Position numbers and translations under genes: made by a program | The notes under the pieces: model-generated | What the model was told of the DNA's origin: nothing | Database searches by the model: none | The model's input: the letters and a program-made list of their open reading frames with translations, nothing else | Part shown: piece after piece, positions 1-9,131 of the stretch | How the letters are laid out: each line of letters opens with the position of its first letter | Position numbering within the stretch: position 1 is the stretch's first letter | NCBI RefSeq assembly: GCF_000400465.1 | Contig: NW_008806307.1 | Location: 1-18,416 of the forward strand | Length of the DNA stretch: 18,416 nt | DNA from: Wallemia ichthyophaga EXF-994 | Taxonomy: Eukaryota; Fungi; Basidiomycota | Reading direction: 5' to 3'

Positions 1-1018
1 CTTCGGCAATTATACATATTTTTTTACTCCATTGGATGTCTAACAGTTTTTAATTGTCATGAGTGAATCATTCAATCTCCGGGTGGTATTTTGATCTTGT
101 TAATGTGCCAAGTGTCCTGTATGAAGCAAATATCTGACAAATAATCATTCCATGGTGACAGTGTATTCTGAGAGTAAATGCGTGTGCTATAATGGTAGAA
201 ATCGACGTGTAGAGTGCTGGTATGGGGTGCTACATGGAATGGCGCGTGTGTCTCGAAGATTGTCAATCAGCTGGATACATCAATTAAAAGACGTAAAGGA
301 CCATGAGCCTCGAAATGTTTAAGATCAGCTCAATTATTACGGTGCACTCAAATGTCCGTTGACGTCAGATGGTTTTAGGTTAGACTCGAAAGCTCAAACT
401 CCATGAATATTTTTAATATTTTACTCATGCTGACGTAAGAATATTAAAACATGGCTGACTAGCAAGGTATAGCGACATATGAGATGAGGATCAGTGTGAA
501 ATGTCAACTGCTGTATTTGGGATTAGAGATTTAGTACGAGGTGGCATACGAATAATTGCTGTATCAGTGGAAATCACGAGCAAAAATCTTGATTTTTATC
601 GCGATCTCCGAAGATAATAAGATTTTATATCCGGTTTATCAAACATGTGCGTCCTGCATAAACAATAATTTGTAACAAATCTAGTAGATACCCATACATA
701 TGATACTAGTAGAGTCTAAAACAGAGATCGAAAGAAGAGAAAAAGTTTATTTCCCATAGTAAATCTTTAACTACAAACTCGACGGATGCTATGTAACTGA
801 GGTACTTAAAAGTTGTGCCACTATCATTTATAAAACCTTGGAATCGTTTTTTATATATATTCTAATATCTTTAATTTGACGTAGCGCGACTAAATTCTAC
901 AGCTATTCGGAGTGATATTCTGTGCTGAATGAGATAATCGGGACTTTTTGATTATCTGCCGTCTGTCAAAACTTTCAATAATCCCGAGGACACATCCTGA
1001 ACTTTCATCGCCTCTAAT

Positions 1019-2414
1019 ATGAGTCAAGTATGTGAAAGTAAGAATTGGCTAAAGCAAGTCATTCTGACACTTCAGCGCACAGGAAAAGCTGCATATCAAC
1101 ACAGTCGTTGTCGGACACGTAGATTCCGGAAAGTCGACCCCCACTGGTCACTTGATCTACAAATGAGGTGGTATCGACAAAGGTGAAAATGACAAGTTCG
1201 AAACCGAAGCAGGTAAAGTCGATAAGAGTTCTTTCAAGTACGCTTGGGTTCTCGAAAAGCTGAAGGCTGAGCGTGAGCGCGGTATTACCATTGATTTCGC
1301 CCTCTCGAAATTCGAGACACCCAAGTACAACGTCACTGTCACCGATGTCCCAGGTCACAGAAATTACGTCAAGAACATGATTACTGTTACTTCTCAAGGT
1401 TTTTCGCCAAGAATTAAGGAAGCACAACAAGCTGAAAAACTACTTCAGCTGACTGTGGTCTCCTTGTCATTGGCGCTAGTCCTGGTGAATTTGAGGCTGG
1501 CGTTTCGTAAGACGGTCAAACACTTGAGCACGCTTTCATTTGCTACAGTCTCGGTGTCAAGCAACTCGTTGTTGCCGTTGACAAGATGGACACCTGTAAT
1601 TATTCACAGGCACGTTATTCTGAAATTGTCGGTGCCACCTCCAACATCATGAAGAAGATCGGTTACAACCTTTCTATTGTTCCACTTTTTCCAATTTGAG
1701 GATGTTGCGGTGAGAACTTGCTTGAGCAATCCAACAACTTGCCATGGTACAGGGTTAAACGCTTATTGAGGCTATTGACTCTATCAGGCCACCAAGACGT
1801 ATAAATGACTAGCCACTCTGTATTCCTTTGCAAAATGTATAAAAGATTGGTGATGCAGGTACTGTTCCAGTTGGTCGTGTTGAGACTGGTCGAATTGAGC
1901 CAGGCATGGCTGTCACTTTTGCACCATCAGCTATCACCAGTGACATTAAGTCCGTTGAATTGCATCGCAATTCATAGGCGGTTTGTCAAACAGGTGACGT
2001 CGTTGGTTTCAACGTCGAAAATGTAAACATTAATGATATCCGTCCCGTCGATGTTGTTTCTGAGTCAAGGAATGAAACAGCCAAAGAGGTAATTTTATTT
2101 TACGCACAAGTCATTGCCTCGACGTCTCATTTCAAATTAGTGCTGGTTACACTCCAATTCTCGACTTTCACACCTCCAAAATTGCCTGTAAATTCGATGA
2201 AATCCTCGAGACGGTCGAGAGACGTGACTGAAGGACTGTTGAAACATCACCTGAGTTCGTCAGGCGTGGTGATGCAACCATCATCAAAATAACACCAACC
2301 AGTCCAATTTGTGTTGAGCCTTACACAGAGAACCCATCGCTTGGTCGGTTTGTTGTCCGTTGTAATCGTCAAACTATTGCTTCTGGTCTAATCAAATCAG
2401 TTTAGAAGACGTAA
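1019..2414 (+). pseudogene. TEF1: Translation elongation factor 1-alpha pseudogene (unprocessed, divergent paralog)
   Basis: Manual translation: ATG 1019 MSQ | intron 1028-1082 (GTATGT..CTGAC..CAG) | [57 protein letters not shown] | intron 1399-1448 | [43 protein letters not shown]. In-frame stops at 1164, 1508, 1697, 1810, 1840, 1975, 2229 and 2403; frameshifts near 1755 (followed by TAA 1756) and near 2115-2132. Confidence 0.95.
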
Positions 2415-2686
2415 TTAGATTTATATCACCCAGGTAGACAAGAAAGAAAATTCTTCTTTCTGAGGCATTTACAGCACTTTGAATTATGTCTCTCCTGTAC
2501 CTTATATGCTTATATAATTCTTTTCTAGATCTTACAGTGTTACATTTTTTTCTGTCTTACTGTGTCTTGCATGTCCCAATCTGTGCTTAAGATAACAAAT
2601 GCATTTGTATTGATGGCTAAATTGACAACAGAAACGCAGGAAAAGATATAAATAAAATCAACTATCAATCCACCGATCCAAGTACC

Positions 2687-5600
2687 TCAATCAATCTGCA
2701 TAGCTTCAGAGGAATTATTAGTAGTACTCAAATTTAATTGCGATGAAGCCAAGAAAACGGTCTTAAAAGTAGGGTTTGGCTCGATAACGGTCTTAATAAG
2801 GTTTATGAGCAAGCCATGCTGATTGGTTAGGCTGCTACCATTCAGCGTAGCCATTGTGCGACAAACACTAGATTGCAACTCTGTATTACGCTCATGCTCC
2901 ATCTTGGTAGCGTTATCTTTAGGTTTGTGCTGTAGTGTCTTTTGGAGACATGGGAGGATGTCGTTGAGTGCTGTTGTGTGTCAGAGTTGTCACTTTTACT
3001 CATACTCATATTCATACTCACACTCAGAAACCAAATCTCCACACACGCTAACTAACCTATTCAAAATAAGGTAGCTCAGTATCTTGATCTCATCCACATC
3101 GCCAAGCCCCTTTTTGACCTGCTCTATCAGATCACGAGCGCTCACTAATTCAGAGTGGTTCGACATAGTATAAAGACACTCAAATGCCGTCTTGCGGATT
3201 GGCAGGCCGTCATCAATCGTTTCTTTGAAAGGTCCGAGGGTGATTTGGCGCACGAGTTGAGTGTTTACTGTTGTCTGCGTGAGAAGGTTGTTGATGACAC
3301 CTTCGGAGATGAGCTGTGGCTTGTGTCTCGCAGCTGAGTTGATAGTAGAAAGTGTGATTCTTATTACTTCCAAATTTTGCTGTGCGAGAAGAGCGGTGAA
3401 GGTACTGAAGAGATCGTCGAGCTGTAAACTATTCTCGTGTGGGGCTTCACTAATAGCGTATCTAATAGCAATAACGATAACCAGTTTTTTGTTCTCCTCC
3501 TCACCTTGCAGAACCTGTTTTAAGTGTGGCACGTACGTCTCACTCTTGTAGAGCAACTTAGCAAGACATTCAGCGGCGATGTTGCGCACGTTCTCGTCAT
3601 TAGTACCACACAGAAGTGTATCGAACACAGTGTCCGCATCGTTACTCGATAGCTCCGCACCACTGATAACTTCCTTCAGTGATAGGAGGATGAGGTAGTC
3701 AGGCGCACGGAGTTGATCGAGAAGCTGCGGCAGAAATGTTGAGCTACCGACGCAAATACTTCCGAGCGAACAAGACGATGATCTGCGTACCTTGTCCTCA
3801 CTGTGAGTGAAATACGTCTGGATATCTTTGAACAGATGAGGGTAATTCTGGGACAAGTCGAAGTGTTTGCCAACGTGGCCTACTACTAGAAGAGACAAAT
3901 ATACGTCAGAAATTTGCTGGTTTGGAGATTTTACCAAATTGACAAACTGCTCAACACCACTACCACTACCATTACCACTTTCAACAATTACACCGCCTAT
4001 CAATCTACTGACATTGTCGAGTATATGCTCTCCCTCACCGCCAACATCTTTAAGCTCTTTGTCATCCAATTTCCCGATTTCGTTAAGCAGTCTGGAGATT
4101 ATCTCAGCACTGAGTCCACCATCTCTCGAGGCAACTTGGTAAAATGACTCAAGAGGTTCTATTATAAGCACCGGCGATTTGATAAGTGAGTAGGAACGAT
4201 TGAGTATTTTTAGCACCATTGAACGTATCTCAAGATCATTGCTGCTAAACAACTTGGTAGCCATGTTGAGAGTGTGCGAAAGAGTGTTGATGTCGTTGAT
4301 ATTTACGAGCGGGAGGATGCTATCAACCAATTCAGCTACGACATCTTTACTAATTCTGTCTGCCACTCTCTCGAGGAGTACTTCGAGACATTCAAACGCA
4401 GCCATCTTGATCACTCTGTCGTTTTGTTTGATGAGAGGTGTGATGAGTTTGACGCAGTCTGTGAGCCATTGTGTAAAAATCTCGTTGGTGCATGTGTACC
4501 TGGACGCTGCGACGGACTGTATTGCTTTGATACCGCTGAATCTGTTAAGATTGTTGTACGTTCTATCTTTCAACAAATGCAAGACGTTGGTGTCATTGTC
4601 GGACTGTACCAAAATATTCCCACCATGCGAGAGGAGTACTGAGACCAAGTCTATAGCATCATCCTTGACATTATTCGACAAGTCACTATCTTGAATACGT
4701 TCTGTTGTAGACAAAGCTATCAATTTAATTAGGTCGTTGATCTCAGTCTGCTTGATGGGTGAAGGTGAGCAAAGGCCATCTTCCTTGTTGGGACGGAGGA
4801 GGATGACGAGATTGGAGAGTGACTTGAATGCTAAGGACGACAGCTTGTGGTATTTCGTTAGCTTCGTTGTGTTGATCAATGTGTGTGTGAATGCTGGTAT
4901 GGAGTGTTGAATGGAACGGTATGTATGGGTCTCGAAGAGAGTGTTGAGCAGAGTGAGCACCTCAATTGGGAGACCTGCAATCAGTAAAATGTGAGAATAG
5001 CAATTCAGCGAACGTCATTCACTCACCTGATGAGATTGTAGACTCGACATTGTTTAGACCCTGTTGAATAAGCGGAGCGATTTCATCAATGTATGGGGCT
5101 TGCAAGATGTCAGGCATCGACTGAATGAGCGTGGTGAGTAACTTGTATGAATTCAAGCGAATAATAAGAGATTTGTCGCTCAGGTGCTTAGTGAGGGAGT
5201 TGATGAGTGGAGATTTATAAGTGTTAGACTGTAAATCACACTGAGCTGTGATATCAACATCCATTTCATTGTGTTTGCGTTTGAGAGAAGATTTTTGAGC
5301 AACAGCAGCACTAACGACGAAGAAGGCATTGATGGCGTTGAATAGCTCCAATTTTACACTCTCCTCACGCTCCTTTGAGGTGACGGTGAGGAGATGGATA
5401 AAGAGGGTGGAGTAGAGATGAGAAAGGAGTAATGAATTGCTTGCGATGATGGTGGTGAGGAGTTTGGCAGCAGATTTTCTAACCTTCCAGCTGAGGTCGT
5501 CATTGTCGGAGAGAGGTTCATCCTCCTCGTCCTCGTCATCTTGATCGTCATCTTCATCATCTTCGTCTAAATCAAAGTAGTTTGGATTGTAATTGATGAG

Positions 5601-6437
5601 AGATTGAGAGATTGAGATGAGTTGAGTGATGTGAGATTGAGGGTTGAGGTGGGACACATAGCAGTCTAAAGTTGACAGGGCAGCGTCTTTAATGTCATCA
5701 TCTTGATTGTTCAATTGGTTGATGAGTTGATCAATATGTGTTGGGGTGTTTATGAGATGTAGAGTGTTTTGAATTAGGAGGGTAGTGATGATAAAGTTCG
5801 ATGAGAGATTCTTGTCGATAAAGGTGTTGAGAGTGTCCAAGTGGTTGCTGTTGAGGAGTGTAGTGAGTAAAGAGATGGACTTCTTCTTCATTGAATGTCT
5901 TGAGTTTGATGAAGTGATAAAATTGAATTGGGTTTTGATGAGAATTGAACGTTGATTGTCGTTGATGGGTGTTTTGTTAATGTAAATATGCAAGACATCT
6001 AACAAATCAATTGAAGTTTGTATATCGAGAATGCTTATGATATTGTTAATGAACCAATCGCTATCTAACAAAGCTAGCCGATTAGAATGCTTAATGACAC
6101 CCTTCAAACAAATCAAGTGAATGTCTTTAAGCTCTTGAGTGTTTGAAGCTTTAAGAGTGTCTAACAAGTTTAAGATGAGATGATTCAAACTAACGAATCT
6201 AACTTTATTGACCAATTCAACCAAGACTTTCAAATTGAATTCCTTTATTTCGATATTGTTATCTTCCAATTTATAGATCAACTTATCAACCAATTTGATT
6301 TCCATTTCCTCGCTTAGATTTAAAGTGGGTGATGAAACTAACAAATATAAATCATTTAGCCCCATAAATCTGTGATCTGTATCATTATCTGATAATTTAC
6401 TGAGTAATTGAGTTATTTTGCTGTCGCTGTTATTCAT
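2687..6437 (-). CDS. CAND1: Cullin-associated NEDD8-dissociated protein 1 (TIP120 HEAT-repeat protein), about 1215 aa
   Basis: Exons 6437-5027, 4974-3022, 2970-2687 joined by GT-AG introns of 52 and 51 nt give 3648 nt in frame. Motifs: N-terminal DTDHRFMGLNDL, acidic loop then DDLSWKVRKSAAK, ENVRNIAAECL, C-terminal GPFKETIDDGLPIRKTAFECLY and KMEHERNTEL. Confidence 0.93.
2998..3027. repeat. Five imperfect ACTCAT hexamers across the CAND1 exon 2/intron 2 junction
   Basis: Plus strand ACTCAT ACTCAT ATTCAT ACTCAC ACTCAG; on the coding strand these read as NTGAGT-like units, one of which is the GTGAGT donor at 3021. Confidence 0.7.
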
Positions 6438-6572
6438 CTGTGTGGTGGACTTGGTGGTTTCGATTAGAGAGGGAAGGTGGAATCAGATAGAGATAGTTTT
6501 GATGATAATACAGCTATTGCAGGTCCATTACGAACCCTAAAATCTCTCTATACTTAACTATCATCCCCATAA
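6438..6572. promoter_or_regulatory. Putative bidirectional promoter CAND1/NAS2 (135 bp)
   Basis: Divergent ATGs at 6437 (-) and 6573 (+); function inferred from geometry only. Confidence 0.6.
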
Positions 6573-7167
6573 ATGGAAGATCTCATCAAACACAGAGAGG
6601 CAATCCAATCAAGGCTTAACGAAATATTCGACTACTTTTATGAGAATAAAATTACGAAATCGACAAATCTAGTTGATAACCACGGCTATCCAAGGTCAGA
6701 TTTGGATTTGTATACAATTTCTAATTACAGGAATGAGTTAAGTAGATTGGAGAATGATATGAAAACTGTTAATGAGAAGCTATCAAATCATTTATTACAT
6801 CATCACTCTAAGTACTCGACCCCGTCTCAACCCACAGCGAATCCACCCTCTCATCTGCAACCGTGGTCTGTGATTGATAACATATTAACGGGCAGCTCTT
6901 CTTTTTCTGCTGGATTACATACGAACGATAAAATAATCTCATTTGGTCCTTTCACGCACGTCACCCAAGACAACTTCAATCAGCTGCCACAGTTTATTAA
7001 GAGCAATGGCAATTCTCCTATTGAGGTGTTAATACTTCGAAATGATAACACTCATCTACGTTTCACCATCCATCCGAACGGCAGCTCTCTCGGGTAAGTT
7101 CGGAGCTAATTGTCTCACATTGCTTAATCTCACTCCATTTGTTAGCATGCACATACAGCCACTATAA
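6573..7167 (+). CDS. NAS2: 26S proteasome regulatory-particle assembly chaperone Nas2/PSMD9 (p27), about 180 aa
   Basis: LVDNHGYPRSDLDLY N-terminal motif; PDZ-like AGLHTNDKIISFG. Exon 6573-7093, intron 7094-7145 (GTAAGT..TAG), exon 7146-7167 gives the C-terminus SLGMHIQPL*, matching the family LGCHIxPL-type end. Confidence 0.88.
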
Positions 7168-7292
7168 CTGCGCTATTGTTACACATGTCATCTCATAAAT
7201 TATGTATTTTATCATTTTATCACGCAATCATACAATCATAACATCATCACAATATCACCTTCTCCTATTTGGTTGAATCCCTTTTTACTACC

Positions 7293-7703
7293 ATGATGAC
7301 AGATCTCATTAAGCAGCTACCAACCCACGACGGCACTGGCACTTTCTCCAACGGCGACGACCTCGACCTGTGCAGTTTCACACCCACCTCATTTGATTCA
7401 TCCCTCCCTTCCAATTTGTCCGGCGATTTGTTTGATTTCTTTACAGACGACAGTGATAAGTCACCTCAGTCTAAGCTTGTCAGTGACGTTGTAAGCAGAC
7501 GTAGAAAATCTTCAGCTGCGTCGTTGTGCTCTAGTTGCCAGCAGCATCAATCTCAACTCAGCTCCTCGATATTCGCTCAGAGTGCAGGTTTATACAAGAA
7601 AACAAGTGTTGACTGCACTCACATCGAACCACCCCAGTCGAGCATCGTATCTTATCTCGCATCTTACCTAGTTCTCACTCTTAAATCACTACACCTGATA
7701 TAG
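7293..7703 (+). CDS. Hypothetical Ser/Asp-rich protein, about 136 aa, with hydrophobic C-terminus
   Basis: ORF from ATG 7293 fills the otherwise unexplained 650-bp gap between the NAS2 and Aurora stops; no family recognised. Confidence 0.5.
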   Translation: MMTDLIKQLPTHDGTGTFSNGDDLDLCSFTPTSFDSSLPSNLSGDLFDFFTDDSDKSPQSKLVSDVVSRRRKSSAASLCSSCQQHQSQLSSSIFAQSAGLYKKTSVDCTHIEPPQSSIVSYLASYLVLTLKSLHLI

Positions 7704-7816
7704 CTACATTTTACTAGAGCAAACACTTCAACATGCAATGTTCGCAAAGCAGCCAGCGCAAACCATATAGCACATCACGATAAACGTAACACAATCAATG
7801 TACTACATACACTAAA

Positions 7817-8969
7817 CTATCCAACGACCCCTGTCGATCTCGAAGACTTCTTGTACTTCAATATCCATGGATGCATTTGTACCTTTTCCAACGCCAATCT
7901 TTGGTGGGGCTCATGAACCAGCAACTTGCTGATTAAGTCTGCCGCTTCTGGGGATACGTGTGGTGGTATACTGTAGTCAACCCTACTGATTCGTCTATAT
8001 GTCGCGCTATGTCCTGATTCTTCAAACGGAGGTCCTCCAACGAGGAACTCATACGCCAATACGCCCAGACTCCACAGATCAACTGCCGCCGTGTGTTCCC
8101 TGCCTTCAATCATTTCCGGTGGAAGGTAATCGAGTGTCCCGCACAAAGTCGTCCTTCTATTTCCCGGTGCATGCACCGACCATCCGAAATCACCTATCTT
8201 GAGCTCGCCATTGATCCCCAAGAGCAGATTCTCAGGCTTTATATCTCTGTGTATAACATGCTTGCTGTGTAAATAAAGCAGTGCATCTGCCATTTGCGCT
8301 ATATACCGCGATGACCTCTTATCGCTGAATCTGCCCAGCTTGTTCAGCTGCTTGTAAAGCTCTCCCTTCCCTGCAAACTCTATCATCAGGTATATCCGTT
8401 TTCCGTCATAAAAAAATCCGTATAAACGGAGGATATTAGGATGTCTGGGGTGTGTTAGTTGGCCATCTTTTCAAAACACTCCTTTCCCACCTCATATTAG
8501 CCTGTATTTCGATCTCTCTGCGCAACTGCTTCTCAACGCGCGCCTCTACCAGCTCAGTCTTGTACAGACACTTCAAAGCTACGACGAATGGCGGCTGCGT
8601 GCGCGTACGTGCCATGTACACCCTACCGAATTTACCCTTTCCTAGCGGTCTACCAACGTCGAACATGTTGAGATTCCACGCTTGTCCTCGCAACTGCAAG
8701 TCGAGAATCCTCCCTTTATCTCCACCAGCGCTATCTCCCTTCCTGTCCTCCTCGTCGCGCTCTAAACCACCGTCATACGTACCAATCAAGCTGTCATTGT
8801 TCGCTTTGTGAGTGGTGGTTTGTGTGTTGAGTGTGTTAGCCATCTTTATCAAATTTGGCATGCGATTCACGTCGTTTGGTTTGTATTTCGATGGAAGCTT
8901 TTGAATCTGCTTCGGCTTGTTGTTGTCGCCGAGGCTCAAGCCTTGCATCTGCGAGTGTAGATTGGACAT
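7817..8969 (-). CDS. IPL1: Aurora kinase (Ipl1/Ark1), about 368 aa
   Basis: Exons 8969-8491 and 8444-7817 (46-nt intron). Motifs: [68 protein letters not shown]. Start chosen at [13 protein letters not shown]; an in-frame ATG at 9017 is possible but lies about 10 nt from a TATA-like tract. Confidence 0.95.
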
Positions 8970-9035
8970 CCTTACACTCTCGTGATCGTCGTCGCCTCTA
9001 CAAAGAGAAAGATTCATATCCGGTGATTTATAAAT

Positions 9036-9125
9036 ACGCGACACGAAAAATAAAAATATACATTATATTAATCAGTATGTCAAAAGAAGTACTTTTACGC
9101 GTAACTTTGGCTTTATTCTACGCGT
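9036..9125. promoter_or_regulatory. Cluster of MCB/SCB-like cell-cycle boxes upstream of Aurora kinase
   Basis: ACGCGA 9036-9041, CACGAAA 9042-9048, ACGCGT 9097-9102 and ACGCGT 9120-9125 within an AT-rich 162-bp intergenic gap. Confidence 0.55.
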
Positions 9126-9131
9126 TTTTTT

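Noticed and set aside
72-266. ORF with DICFIQDTW, faintly like the AP-endonuclease DIIxLQET motif of LINEs
   Set aside because: A single short motif; the catalytic Glu is Asp, and no other APE or RT motifs were found in adjacent frames.
371-383. GGTTTTAGGTTAG telomere-like unit at the left end
   Set aside because: About 1.5 units with no adjacent element; expected by chance.
582-597. AAAAATC-TT-GATTTTT inverted repeat
   Set aside because: A 7-bp AT-rich stem is not significant.
1164-1166. TGA at the conserved Cys of EF-1alpha as selenocysteine or UGA recoding
   Set aside because: Seven further stops of all three types and two frameshifts follow, and neighbouring genes use TGA as a normal stop.
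1059-2026. ORF-track entries over the EF-1alpha region as real genes
   Set aside because: They are off-frame or antisense shadows of the pseudogene.
1810-2405. Premature TAG codons repaired by A-to-I editing (TAG to Trp)
   Set aside because: The TAGs align to Lys, Leu and Glu rather than Trp, and editing cannot fix the TAA/TGA stops plus frameshifts.
3155-4694. Plus-strand ORFs (up to 164 aa) antisense to CAND1
   Set aside because: No start context or motifs; typical antisense shadows of a long coding exon.
8970-9044. ORF-track N-terminal extension of Aurora (GTG 9044, ATG 9017)
   Set aside because: It overlaps TATA-like and MCB-like elements; ATG 8969 is the more plausible start, although 9017 is not excluded.
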